Source of the DNA: Heptranchias perlo | Lineage: Eukaryota | Assembly (NCBI RefSeq): GCF_035084215.1 | Contig: NC_090339.1 | Span: 34,906,001 to 34,970,000, forward strand | Length of the DNA: 64,000 nt | Reading direction: 5' to 3' | Shown: piece after piece, positions 13,126 to 26,002 of the stretch | Position numbering within the stretch: position 1 is the stretch's first letter | Layout: each line of letters starts with the position of its first letter | Program-made: the position numbers and the translations under genes | The notes under the pieces: model-generated | The model's database searches: none | The model's input: the letters and a program-made list of their open reading frames with translations, nothing else | What the model was told of the DNA's origin: nothing

Positions 13126-16100
13126 GGGTTGATTTTAACTACCTCCGGTGAATATGAATAGGGCTGTAGCACTCCGAAAATTGTGGTTCTACACTTACTG
13201 CCCTGCTCCCACTCCGCTCGCCACCATTTTGCCTTCATGAGGAAAGCCCAGGTACCCTCCTGAGGCAGGGGAGAGCCTCAGTAAAGTATTTAAATCAGGG
13301 TCTTGTAATGTTAATAGAACCCCAATGCCATTTTCAAAGTAGTGCACAGGGTTGGACTCATCAAGTACAGGCAGGAAACGGCATTTGGAAATGCTATTTA
13401 AAAGGGCACTCACCTGCAAGTACTCAGATCATTGGAATCTGTTGGCAGTTGGATGAGGTTTCTGCACTTCTGCTTTAAAACCTTCAGGAAGCTCAGGGAG
13501 GGACTGCACAGTGTTCAACATGGGAGTCATCGAGCTACTCCACTCTGGTTGGAGGAAGAGTAGCAGAAACAGCAGCAGAGGTCAGAGAACCTCAAGCCGC
13601 TGCACTTGGAGCAATGGGGAGGCCACAAAGGGGGAGGACTGCTTGCAGGTGTCCTTACCCTGCCCATAGGGTCTATAGGGCCAGACTTACCTACCTCCAG
13701 TTTTCAGTGGAGCAGTGCATCAGGAGGCTGCGCTTCTCCAGAGAGGCTGTCAGAGATCTGTGTAGCCTCTTACAGCAAGTCTTACAACCCACTAACCCAG
13801 CGGCCATGCATTGCCTGTCACAAATGCATCTGTCCATGACAGTATTAGTAGGAGTGACCACCGCACAATCCTTGTGGAGACAAAGTCCCGTCTTCGCACT
13901 GAGGACACCATCCAACATGTTGTGTGGCATTACCACCGTGCTAAATGGGATAGATTCAGAACAGATCTAGCAGCTCAAAAATGGGCATCCATGAGGCGCT
14001 GTGGGACATCAGCAGCAGCAGAATTGTATTCCAGCACAATCTGTAACCTCATGGCCCGGCATATTCCTCACTCTACCATTACCAACAAGCCAGGGGATCA
14101 ACCCTGGTTCAATGAGGAGTGTAGAAGAGCATGCCAGGAGCAGCACCAGGCATACCTAAAAATGAGGTGCCAACCTGGTGAAGCTACAACTCAGGACTAC
14201 ATGCATGCTAAACAGCGGAAGCAACATGCTATAGACAGAGCTAAGCGATTCCACAACCAACGGATCAGATCAAAGCTCTGCAGTCCTGCCACATCCAGTC
14301 GTGAATGGTGGTGGACAATTAAACAACTAACGGGAGGAGGAGGCGCTGCAAACATCCCCATCCTCAATGATGGCGGAGTCCAGCAAGTGAGTGCAAAAGA
14401 CAAGGCTGAAGCATTTGCAACCATCTTCAGCCAGAAGTGCCAAGTAGATGATCCATCTCGGCCTCCTCCCGATATCCCCACCATCACAGAAGCCAGTCTT
14501 CAGCCAATTCGATTCACTCCACGTGATATCAAGAAACAGCTGAGTGCACTGGACACAGCAAAGGCTATGGGCCCCGACAACATCCCAGCTGTAGTGCTGA
14601 AGACTTGTGCTCCAGAACTAGCTGCGCCTCTAGCCAAGCTGTTCCAGTACAGCTACAACACTGGCATCTACCCGACAATGTGGAAAATTGCTCAGGTACG
14701 TCCTATCCACAAAAAGCAGGGCAAATCCAATCCGGCCAATTACCGCCCCATCAGTCTACTCTCAATCATCAGCAAAGTGATGGAAGGTGTCGTCGACAGT
14801 GCTATCAAGCGGCATTTACTCACCGATGCTCAGTTTGGGTTCCGCCAGGACCACTCGGCGCCAGACCTCATTACAGCCTTGGTCCGAACATGGGCAAAAG
14901 AGCTGAAATCCAGAGGTGAGGTGAGAGTGACTGCCCTTGACATCAAGGCAGCATTTGACAGAGTGTGGCACCAAGGAGCCCTAGTAAAATTAAAGTCATT
15001 GGGAATCAGGGGGAAAACTCTCTAGTGGCTGGAGTCATACTTAGCACAAAGGAAGATGGTAGTGGTTGTTGGAGGCCAATCATCTCAGCCCCAGGGCATT
15101 GCTGCAGGAGTTCCGCAGGGCAGTGTCTTAGGCCCAAACATCTTCAGCTGCTTCATCAATGACCTCCCCTCCATCATAAGGTCAGAAATGGGGATGTTTG
15201 CTGATGCTTGCACAGTGTTCAGTTCCATTCGCAACCCCTCAGATAATGAAGCAGTCCGAGCCCGCATGCAGTAAGACCTGGACAACATCCAGGCTTGGGC
15301 TCATAAGTGGCAAGTAACATTCGCGCCAGACAAGTGCCAGGCAATGACCATCTCCAACAAGAGAGGGTCTAACCACCTCCCCTTGACATTCATCGCCGAA
15401 TCCCCCACCATTAACATCCTGGGGGTCACCATTGACCAGAAACTTAACTGGACCAGACACATAAATACTGTGGCTACAAGAGCAGGTCAGAGGCTGGGTA
15501 TTCTGCGGCGAGTGACTCACCTCCTGACTCCCCAAAGCCTTTCCACCATCTACAAGGCACGAGTCAGGAGTGTGATGGAATACTCTCCACTTGCCTGGAT
15601 GAGTACAGCTCCAACAACACTCAAGAAGCTTGACACCATCCAGGACAAAGCAGCCCACTTGATTGGCACCCCATCCACCACCCTAAACATTCACTCCCTT
15701 CGCCACCGGCGCACCGTGGCTGCAGTGTGTACCATCCACAGGATGCACTGCAGCAACTCACCATGGCTTCTTCGACAGCACCTCCCAAACCCGCGACCTC
15801 TACCACCTAGAAGGACAAGAACAGCAGGCACATGGGAACAACACCATCTGCATGTTCCCCTCCAAGTCACACACCATCCCGACTTGGAAATATATCGCCG
15901 TTCCATCATCGTCGCTGGGTCAAAATCCTGGAACCCCCTTCCTAACAGCACTGTGGGAGAACCTTCACCACACGGACTGCAGCGGTTCAAGAAGGCGGCT
16001 CACCACCACCTTCTTAAGGGCAATTAGGGATGGGCAATAAATGCTGGCCTCGCCAGCGACGCCCACATCCCATGAACGAATAAAAAAAAACCTACGGTCC

Positions 16101-17561
16101 GCAAATTTTTTTATTGCCTCGGGACTTCCAGACTGCAACAGGTGACATCAGTCATATTAGTCAGTCTGCAATCCATGTCTGCATTAAGCAGGCCACTGAC
16201 ACCCTTTTTGTCAAGGCCAACAAATTTATAATGTTCACCACGGACACCAGCAGCTAGCAGGAAAGGGCTGTATGTTTTACTGCCATTACAGTCTTCCCCA
16301 AGTTCAGGCCCTGATTGACTGCACCCATCAGGGCACCTCCCAGTGAGCCATCCGTCTTCATGAACAGGAAAGGCTCCCACTCTCTTAATGTTGAGCTGGT
16401 GACTCATCACCACCAGCACATCATATAGGTCTATGATGCAATCCTGACAGCTGTTATGATGCTTACATACTGCACCAGTCCTCCATCCCCCACACTCTTT
16501 GACCCTGCTCAGCAAGTCAAATGCTGGCTGTTTGGGGACAGGGGTTATCCTCTTTATATTGCTTATCATGCCTCTATGAAACCCATGCTCGTTGGCTGAA
16601 AGAAATTTGAACCTGAGCCATGGGACCACTACAGCCATCATTGAGCAGACAATCCGAGTTCTCAGACAATGCTTTCACTGCCTGGACAGCTCTGGAGACT
16701 TTCTGAAGTGTAGCCCACAGAGAATGTCCCTGATTGTGGTCCTTTGCTGCATTCTGTACATCGGGGACAGCAAATGGTGCCTGCGCAGCAAGAAGAACTT
16801 CCACCATCTGATGAGGGAGACCTCAATGACAGTGAAGATGCAGCAGGAGTGGCAGAGTGACAGCACCAAACTGCAACCAGAGCTCTTTGACAACAGTTGA
16901 TCAACCAAAGCTTCAGGTGCTCTACTCCTTCGTCCCACCCCCACATTAACATTTAACATCTCCACGAGTTCTTCCACCCTCCGATAAAGTACTTTCAACC
17001 TCTGATCAACATTAATATACATGAAATTGCAGGCTCAGTCACCACTACAGAACCACACTGCAGGTGATTTACAATAAACTGACATTTTAATGGCTGACAC
17101 ATCTGCCAACAATATTTTCACCCATGTGTTAGCCCGGAGTGCTTTTCTTAAGTGGTTTTGTGGTTAATCTCGTGCTCCTACAAGGTACTCTCCCAGTAGC
17201 TTCAGCATGGGTGATGGAAGGCTGCTGATGCTTAAATGAGGGTCCTGAGGCACTTGTGGTCAGCAACCTATAGGTGCTCGGGCCCAAAAAGGCCCGGCTG
17301 CAGTCTGTCCCAGCAGGGTTTCTGGCATCTTGGAAGGTATTGGTTGAGGGGGTGGTGAGTGAGTAGATGTGTTGTCATCCTGTGGTCCACTTCCATGGGT
17401 CCGTGGCTCATCACATTCCCCTGAGTGTAGGAGATCTGTTATGTGATTGAAGCCCCTATCAATGGGTTCTCTTGAAGGCAGTGGAAATGACATCGGGTGG
17501 GCGGCAGACTTACCCCATCCACTGCCTGCCCAAAAGTCACTGAAAGTTAAAATCTACTCCC
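13126..17561 (+). mobile_element. PIF/Harbinger DNA transposon with a degraded transposase, split by a LINE
   Basis: TIRs ggggttgattttaact / agttaaaatctactcc, possible CAG TSD. N-terminal PYPAHRVYRARL..SVEQCIRRLR at ~13650. C-terminal SHGTTTAIIEQTI..CFHCLDSSG..CCIL at ~16600. The same ~38-bp minisatellite lies on both flanks. Confidence 0.8.
13812..16090 (+). mobile_element. CR1/Jockey-group (Zenon-like) LINE, 5'-truncated, with poly(A) tail
   Basis: SDH (APE end), KAMGPDNI, YRPISLL, ALDIKAAFDRVWH, GVPQGSVLGP, MFADA; ends aataaaaaaaaa; same family as 61698-64000. Confidence 0.9.
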
Positions 17562-18800
17562 CAGCTGTTGAAATGCACTGACACAGAGATAGCAGGAGAT
17601 CGGGATATGGAAATATATCAGCACAGAGACAGGAGATCAAAATACTGAAATACATTACCCCAGAGACAGAGGGAGATCAGGATATGGAAATACACGAGCA
17701 CAGAGTTTGGAGCAGCATCAAAGCGAGAGAATACACAGCACTCTGGCAGCTGCTCGTACTTTCCAAATGCACAAGCATGATCGCATTTTAACTGTTTATT
17801 GCTGCAATATGGTCCATTACATTTGCCAAGCAACATGCCAATACAAGGTACCTGCATGCTGTATATTTGCAGACTCACATAAGGTGGGCTAAGCACTTGG
17901 ATGGCACACGTCTTCTCTCATTCCTTTTTTCAACATATGTCTTTTTCATCTGCTTCCATTAGAAGATCACAGTTAAAAGGAGGCGGCATATGCTAATTGG
18001 AAGGAAGGGCCGCCCAAACTACCACCCATGACTACTTATGAGGGGAAGGCCCTGAAGAATCTGGGTGTAAAGCCAACCAAGGGAGTAGGAGGAGAGAAGG
18101 GTGGAGATGTCCCCTTGTCCACAGCTAGAATCATCTCTTGTTTCTCATTCTTTATCTCCTCATTCACTCGCTGACATAGGCATTCCTTGTAGCACTATAA
18201 TGTCTTACCATGTTTCATTGCCATCATTCTAAAATATGTTTTTTGTTCTGCTCCTCCAGTTGTCCAAGAGCAGGAGGTGGCATACTCCAATGTTCTGATT
18301 CAACCTAGCATTAATCACAGCCTGAAGCATCTGTGGATAGCTGCCTAAGAAATGTTACGAATATCCCCTGATGCAGCTGGAATGAGTCCAGGGCAAAGAA
18401 ATTAAGCGTGGTGGTGACCTTAAAAGTCACTGGCAGTGTAATGGGTATGACAGAACCTCCTCAAATCTGACCATTACAACAAGCCATTTACACCCGACGA
18501 AGAAGGCAGGACTTCTTGATTGAAAATATATTAAACCACAAAAAAAAACCCTGGATCAGCAAAAGGTAAGTGAAATAATAACTGAAGTTTCTTAAATAAC
18601 TTCCTATAAGGTAATTTCAACGTTTTAAGTAACTTTTCCTCCACAGTAGATTTGTGATCACATTTACAATGGAATGACAATCATATCCAGCTTTGCGATA
18701 TCAAAGGTGATCAGGTATGGAGTCTGGGGTCCCCATGGAAATACATTTATTACCGTTATGCCCCATCTCCAACTGTACAGGCTTGACTTTAATAAGGCTT

Positions 18801-20005
18801 TAACAACAACAAAACTTTGGATTTATAGAGCACCTTTATGTCCCAAGGCGCACAGGAGCATTATCAAACAAAATTTGACATCGGGCCACATAAGGAGATA
18901 TTAGGACAGGTGAGCTTGGTCAAAGAGCGTTTTAAGGAGCATCTTAAAGGAGGAAAGAGAGGTAGAGAGGCAGAGAGGATTAGGAAGGGAATTCTAGAGC
19001 TTAGAGCCTAACAGTTGAAGGCACAGCCGTCAACGGTGGAGCGATTAAAATCAGGGATGCGCAAGAGGCAAGAATTGAAGGAGTGCAGAGATCTTGGAGG
19101 GATATGAAAACAAGGATGAGAATTTTAAAATCAAGACATTCCTGATCCGGGAGCCAATGTAGGTCAGCGAGCACAAGGGTGATAGGTGAACGGGACTTGG
19201 TGCGAGTTAGGATATGGGCAGGCAGCAGAGTTTTGGATGAGCTCAAGTTTATGGAGGGTGGAAGACGGGAGGCCGGCCAGGAGAACAATGGAACAGTCAA
19301 GTCTAGAGGTAACAAAGGCATGGATGAGGGTTTCAACAGCAGATGAGCTGAGGCAGAGGCGGAGACAGGCGATGTAACGGAGGTGGAAATAGGCAGTCTT
19401 GGTGATGGAGTGGATGCGTGGTCGGATGCTCATCTCAGGGTCAAATAGGACGCCAAGGTTGCGAATGGTCTGGTTCAGCCTCAGACAGTGGCCAGGGAGA
19501 GGGATGGAGTTGGTGGCTAGGGAATGGAGTTTGTGGCAGGGACTGAAGACAATGGCGTCAGTCTTCCCAATTCTTAGTTGGAGAAAATTTTTACTCATGT
19601 TGGACAAGCAGTGTGACTGTGGAGGGGTTGAAGGGGGTGGTGGTGAGGTAGTGCTCAGAGTTATCAGCGTACACATGAAACCTGACGTGTTTTCGGATGA
19701 TGTCACCGAGGGGCAGCATGTAGATGAGAAATAGGAGGGGGCCAAGGACAGATCCTTGGGAAACTCCAGAGGTGAGGGTGCAGGAGCGGGAAGATAAGCC
19801 ATTGCAGATGATTCTCTGGCTACTACTGGATAGATAAGAATTGAACCAGATGAGCGCAGTCCCACCCAGCTGGACGACGGAGGAGAGGTGTGGGAGGAGG
19901 ATGGTGTGGTCAACTGTGTCAAAGGCTGCGGACAGGTTGAGAAGGATGAGGAGGGATAGTTTACCACGGTCACGTTCACATAGGATGTCATGTGACTTTG
20001 ATGAG
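18801..20005 (-). mobile_element. L2 LINE 3' fragment
   Basis: LSAAFDTVDH, GVSQGSVLGPLLFLIYMLPLG, YADN, ETLIHAFVTSRLD, LADLHWLP; (ttg)n tail at 18801. Confidence 0.9.
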
Positions 20006-20768
20006 GCTCGTGCTGTGGCAGTGACAAACATGCACAAATTGGCTTTTTTCAGAACTTTTTGTTAATGTTAATCCAGTTTTGTACAATAGGAAAACTTAGG
20101 GCAACACAGACTGATATAAAAGCTGTCAAACGTAAAAAGGGGTCAGGGAGGATGCCTGAGTCAGACTGGAACAACGAGTGTTCCACATATCCTACAAAGA
20201 CAGGATTAGAAATGTCAGTTTGGAAGAAGTACTGCCTGTCTCTTTCATCAATGACAAATAGTCCAATTCTATTTGCAATCCATCTGTTTTTATTCGTGTC
20301 TATTTTTTCACCAAAAGTTAGCTTGTTGCAGGAATTTTATCCCCATATATTGCTGCATTGAGACTGAAATCCCTGCTTTTACTGATCAATGGTCTCTGAG
20401 GCAACCTGCTGGTCATTTTGTTCCATGCTAATGTTCCATGTGCAGGTACTCTGTTTCCTCTGATTTAGCCAAGTTCCTATCCACTTCAGTAGTTGCCCCC
20501 ATTCCATGTCTTTCAATCTTGTGAGCCAATCTTCTCTAAATATATAACTTTCACTTAGTTCCTCTTGTCCATCAAGTCCCTTATTTCTTCAAAGCAATAG
20601 ACAATAGATTTTTTTCACATATGACCTCTCTTCCATCATGAGATCAGCCAAGCAATCAGAACCAATAATTTCCTTTGTGCTAAGGAAAACTTATATCCTA
20701 CATGTAAATTTTTTAAATCCCAAGGCTACAGCCCAGGCTTCTGTTATAATGTATCAGCAGGAACTGAC

Positions 20769-20919
20769 CTTGTGAAGTCTTCGTCTCCCATCACATGCCG
20801 AGGGACTGGAGAGTATCGCCCTGAAGTAATCGCCGGCAGCGGATATGTGGGTTTGTTCTCAACTCCAGCCATGTAACCCATACCAGAGTTTACATGATTA
20901 TCAGACAGGGCTGAAAATG
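20769..20919 (-). CDS. DLG3: DLG3 coding exon, 151 nt, PDZ2-PDZ3 linker (TFSALSDNHVNSGMGYMAGVENKPTYPLPAITSGRYSPVPRHVMGDEDFTR)
   Basis: gttgcag|CA TTT TCA...TTC ACA AG|gtcagt; phase 1-2, open frame; conserved RYSP.PRH...EDFTR motif. Confidence 0.93.
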
Positions 20920-21696
20920 CTGCAACACAAAGATAAATGCAATGAGTTAGTAAGGAGCAACAGTTCTAATCCAAATGTTACATGTTAGCCAGATTAGATA
21001 TGACATTTTCTAAGCTGCCCAATACTACGGTATGTTGAAGCATCAACATGCTGTTTCTTGAGAACTGGGAAATGGTCTCGCCCTGTCATCTCCACACATA
21101 AACTTACTGATGTCTAGCAGAAGGCAGACATTTCTTCCCAGAGTGAGAATTACCCAGGTTCCAGACTGACCATAGTGAGGGTGTCAGGCTGTGGAATATG
21201 TCAGACCAAAGAGTGGGCCAGGCCACAATGTGGTCTAGGCCAGGGAGTAAATCAGGCAGAAGTATGACAAGTGAGGAGCACATCAGAATGAGAAATAGGT
21301 CAGGTCAGGGAGTGCAACAGGCTGTAGTCTGTGTCTGGTTTGTGAGAACAAGGAGTGCATTATACTGTGTTGTGGGCCAGGCTGCAGAAATGTCAAGGTG
21401 GGTAATGGATCAGGCTGTGAAAAGTCTCATGGTAGTGACAACAGGGCTGATAACAGATAATGGTCCTGATTTTAATTTTGGGCTAGATTTGGGCAGGTGG
21501 GCAGCAGTGAGAGTTAGATACTCACCCACTGCTCCAAAAATGAGGCCCAATGTATTTTAACTCCCGAGCCTCATTTAATTCCCACTGGTCAACTTCCCAT
21601 CAATGTTGGAAAATTGTGCGGCCCGGAGTGCGCCCGCCGAGACCGGGTAAGTGGTGGGATTGGCTGCCGGGGCCGTTAGCAATCAAGAGTGAGAAC

Positions 21697-21878
21697 TCAG
21701 CTTCATTTTTCTCTTCCATAACCCAGGGGTGATGAGGGTTGCTGTAGTGCCCATACCGTGCAACAGCTGAGAATAGCTAACTGAGCACAAACTTCTAATC
21801 AAACTTGGAACTTTCCAGGTCTGTAAGGCTCAGTTTCACAATGGGCATAAAATTAGCCAACTGAGTCATTGGGGAGCT
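21697..21878 (-). mobile_element. UCON3-like ancient tRNA-derived SINE fragment
   Basis: Minus strand ...actgagccttacagacctggaaag...tgtgctcagttagct..ctcagc; same family as 41985-42272; family name from recall. Confidence 0.55.
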
Positions 21879-21975
21879 CCAAACGCAGACTATCTAGTGC
21901 CAGTTTTTATCCCTCGCAACAATATTGTCAGTGAGCGAGGTAATGCTGTACAATTGACACGCTGTAAATACTTAC

Positions 21976-22120
21976 TGCTTGCATAGTCAGGAGGTGCGTA
22001 TACTTCATTGAGATGACTGCCACCAGGTTTAGCAACTTTCAAATAAACCATATCCGAGGTGTTCTTGAGAGCAGCCACAGCTTCTTCGTGCCGTACGTCC
22101 TGCAGGCTGATGTTATTGAC
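21976..22120 (-). CDS. DLG3: DLG3 coding exon, 145 nt, end of PDZ2 ([48 protein letters not shown])
   Basis: ggacag|GTC AAT...GCA AGC A|gtaagt; inside ORF 21890..22189. Confidence 0.95.
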
Positions 22121-22642
22121 CTGTCCAGCACAAAGAGCGAGGCTTTCACCTTTACACCATCCATACAAGCACCTCCACAGTATTACCATTCATGCATTCT
22201 CATTTGAATTCTACAATTTTAGATAAAATGTACAAGAGTGTGACTAGAGAACAGACATACAGACAGGTCCACAAGCCATGAACATATCCCTGTTTAAGAT
22301 GGAATAGCTGTTTTTCAGTCTTGCTGCAGTCATGGACTCCTACATCACTATATCATTCAGTCAGTGAGTTGTGAAAGGAAGTACTATTGTATGGAGCTTG
22401 TCTCCTGAACATTTAATGAGATGCTAAAACCCAGCTCTGCAATTGAATGTGGGTTCACCCCGTGACTGGACGCTTCTTCATCCCTGCAATTGGATGCAAG
22501 TTTACCCCTATGACTTCCCACATGATCAAGTACTGATCTTAGCCATTCTACCATGATGGCGGCTGGGCAAAGGCTCACATAGAGAAGAGAAGGAAAAAAC
22601 GTAGACTACTTAGCTCAGGCTGGTCTTGTGCAACTCATAGTA

Positions 22643-22822
22643 GGATACAGCAGCGTAGTGGTTATGGTACCAGTAAAAGTGACCATGAAGTTGTTGGATT
22701 GTCGGACAAACCCAATTGGTTCACCAATGTCCTTCAGGGAAGGAAATCTGATGTGCTTATCTGATCTGGCCTATATGTGACTCCCGTCCCACACCAGTGT
22801 AGTTGGCTCTTATCTGCCCTCC
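22643..22822 (+). mobile_element. SINE-like fragment sharing sequence with the 5' region of the Zenon-like LINE
   Basis: tctggcctatatgtgactcc also occurs, reverse-complemented, at ~63966-63985. Confidence 0.6.
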
Positions 22823-24064
22823 ATAGATGCTGCCTGAGCTGCTGAATGTTTCCAGCATTTTCTGTTTTTATTTGTAAATTAAAAATGTATCATTTCCCTG
22901 GATAAAGGCAAGGATTGACTGATTGTATTGCGCACTGTGTTATTTTCTGTTCAGATGGAATCAGGTCCACGTTATTGTATCATTGTTAGTAAAATAGGCC
23001 TAGACCCCAAATGTGGGCCCCACTTCTGGTATGTTTTTGTCTTCTTGGGACTGGCTTCCAAAGATCCACCAAGTCTCAGAGAGATTACAGATGTGTCCAT
23101 ATTAGTCAGTACATTTGTTGAGATTTTAGTCCTGAAGCTTTTGCACTACTCTGAATTGACACAGTTGCCCCGACTTTCCTCAGGACTTGGGCGGGTGGAG
23201 CCCTAATGTAAAAGTGGCAGGAGTAGAGTAGTGGAGGCGGGAAAATCAGACAGGACTTATAAATGTGTCCTAAAGATGCAACTCTGGCATTCCCGCTGGG
23301 CGCCAGGGGAAAATTCCATCCATCCATTAATGGCTGCCTCTTTTGCCCCTAGCGACCAGGATGCTGGTGAGATACTAGCATCTAGATCCATGGATCGGCA
23401 GGGGTTCCAGGCCTGGATCATGGTCTGGAAGACTCCAGAATAGCTATGAGTATTTTTTTTAAAAATTGGCCCTCTTATAAATGGGTTTGATTAGTTGCAG
23501 TCCTTTACCATGTAAATGGGGCTCATCGTTGGCATCCCCATGCAGCTATGCAGTGCTGCATCTTCATCTTTCCACCCCTCCACCCACCCACCCCCCCTGC
23601 TTGAGGGCACCCGAGATGTGCCCTTATCAATACAAGCACCGATTATTATTTAAATAACATGAACATCCTGACCCTGGATACTTCGGCTGGGCTGGCAGTA
23701 TAAGTCATCAGTGGATAGCAATTCCTGCTCTGCCGCAGTTATGATGGCAGAACGGGATACCAGATTTTCAGTTCCCGTATCTAAAGATGTGATTCTATAC
23801 ATTGATAAGACACAGATTCACAAAATACAAACTGGTGAGGTTTGGATTTTCAACAAACTTTGAACAAAGAACTTAAGTAAACCAAAATCTTAATGCCATC
23901 TGGTCCAGCTTGTTGATTAAATGTATACTTAAGCGCTGGTCATTCCTGTGAATTTGCTTTTTTGGTGTGCAATTTACTATAAAAATATATTTCAGTTTCA
24001 CATTCAGAAAGATCAAGGTAGTGATCAAACATATTGAAGTGTATAAATATGAAACAGCGCTTAC

Positions 24065-24201
24065 AGCAAGCAGCCTATCCCCTGTCTGTAGCCTGCCATC
24101 TTTCTGGGCTGCTCCTCCTTCAATGATTTTGGTGATATAGATGCTGTTATCTCCAGGAATGTGCTGATTCCCAATTCCTCCAGCAATACTGAACCCTAGA
24201 C
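24065..24201 (-). CDS. DLG3: DLG3 coding exon, 137 nt, PDZ2 ([46 protein letters not shown])
   Basis: ctcttag|GT CTA GGG...CTT GCT|gtaagc; inside ORF 23873..24226. Confidence 0.96.
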
Positions 24202-24235
24202 CTAAGAGATAGAGTATGAAAAACAACGTTATTTA

Positions 24236-24560
24236 CTGTAATAAAATCAGAAAATGCTGGAAACACTCAGCATCTGTGGGGAGAGAAACAGAGTTAATGT
24301 TTCAGGTCATCGACCTTTCATCAGAAATGAAAGATGTTACAGATTAACAGTTTTTAAGCAAGTACAGATACAGGGTAAAAGGAGGTGGGAGGGAGGGTGG
24401 GGGGAGAGGGGCAAAGAAAGAATAAAGGGGAAGGTCTGTGATATGGTGGAGGGCAGGAGTGATTAAATGACAAAAGGGATGATGGTGCAAGGCAAAAGGG
24501 GGTGATAATGGGTCAAGTAAAGAAACAAAAGATGGGACCAGGTGAGTTTGTAAATGGTTG
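24236..24560 (-). mobile_element. Penelope-derived short repeat carrying a degenerate hammerhead motif
   Basis: Minus strand ctgatgaaaggtcgatgacctgaaacattaactctgtttctc...cagatgctgagtgtttccagcattttctg; the related 3' end also occurs at ~22824-22875 (+). Confidence 0.6.
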
Positions 24561-24774
24561 CAGCAGAATAGCAGACAGGGAGGAAAGCATGGAAAATCTG
24601 GCAAAGAGGAGAAGACTCCTGTGGCGGAATCTGGCGGAGAAAGGTAGGTAGACCCCTGGGGTGTGGACCACCCTGCCGGCCGTGTACCGATATGGGATCC
24701 CCACCCCAAGCACCAGCCCACGCCTCCTCCACTCCCAGTGACTCTGGTGCAGATATCCTCCATTAGAGTTTTGA

Positions 24775-26002
24775 GGGCCGATTTTAACCCCACCCCCACC
24801 CCCACCCGATGAGAACAGTGTGGGCGGCGTGGGTTAAAGTCGCGTCTATGCCCGCTCCGCATACTTCCCGCACCTTTCCTTCCCCCCACCATTTTAACCG
24901 ATCTGCTTCTGGCTGCGTGTTTGGGACCCGCCCCAGGCAAGCAGGGTCCAAACTGAAAGGTCAAAGTCGCACTCCAATTATATCATACCCATCCCCACTG
25001 CATTTTAACTCGAATTTGGAGAACATCCGCCCACTTTCGGATCCGCCAGCAAAACCTAGTGGGATTGGTGTCTGAGAACCCCATAAGCAGTATAAAATGT
25101 GGCTCTCAGCTGCAGCTCACTGAATCACAGGATCTTTTGCTGTCTGGATTGCCAGGAGTGTTTCTAGCTTCCAGATCACAATTTATACACTTTTGGTGGC
25201 CAGCAACGCTTTAGTCAGGTTTCCCTACTTATTATAGGAGTCGTTCTTCTGGATGGAGCAAGACTCGGAGGAGGAGCAACAGCAGCCTCTGCAACAACCA
25301 CAGCCAGTACCTGGCCTCTCAGAATACATCAGGTGAGGGGAAGCTGCACGCAGGCGGCCATACCCAGCACACTGGGTCTACAGGCCAAGACTCACCTTAC
25401 TGGACCTAACTAAGAAGCAGTGCAGGAGGAGGCTGCATTTCTCCAGGCAGGCTGTCGCAGACTTCTGCAACCTCCTGCAACTGGACCTGCTGCTTGCTGG
25501 ATCAGGATGGCTTGCCATGTCAGTGGCACAAAGTCACAAAGTCACCACAGTGCCAAAGTCACCACATCCCTGAATTTTTACACCATTGGCTCCTTTAAGT
25601 CTGCAACAGCCACATCTCCCGGGCTGCAGTCACAGCTGCATAAGCAGGTGACCGATGCACTATTTGCCAGGGCTGAGCAATGCATCAGCTTCCCAAGTGA
25701 TCTCAGCAGTCAACTGGAGAGAGCTTGTGACTGGCTTCCTTCACAAACAGGACGTGATTGACTGTACACATGTGGCCATCAGGGAACCGGAACACAGGCT
25801 CGCAACATTCATCACCAGAAAAGGATTCCACTCTTATCAATGTAGTGGCTGATTACAGGAACAACATCATGCAGGTCTGTGCACGGAAGCTGCCATGATT
25901 TATCATTTAAATGAGGCCTGAAGCCGGATTTGGTTCGGGCCTCACGCTGGCACAAACGGAACAGCCGCTTCACTGACTTCATGGAGGTTGAATTTCTTGG
26001 CC
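24775..26002 (+). mobile_element. PIF/Harbinger deletion derivative with transposase remnant
   Basis: Left end gggccgattttaacc; TGA on both flanks; RPYPAHWVYRPRLT (~25355), KQVTDALFARA, IDCTHVAI..FITRKGFHS. Confidence 0.7.

Noticed and set aside
1-20768. DLG3 PDZ3 exon (EPRK..HKGSTGLGFNIVGG)
   Set aside because: Not found by eye; it probably lies beyond the window start, which implies an intron longer than 20 kb
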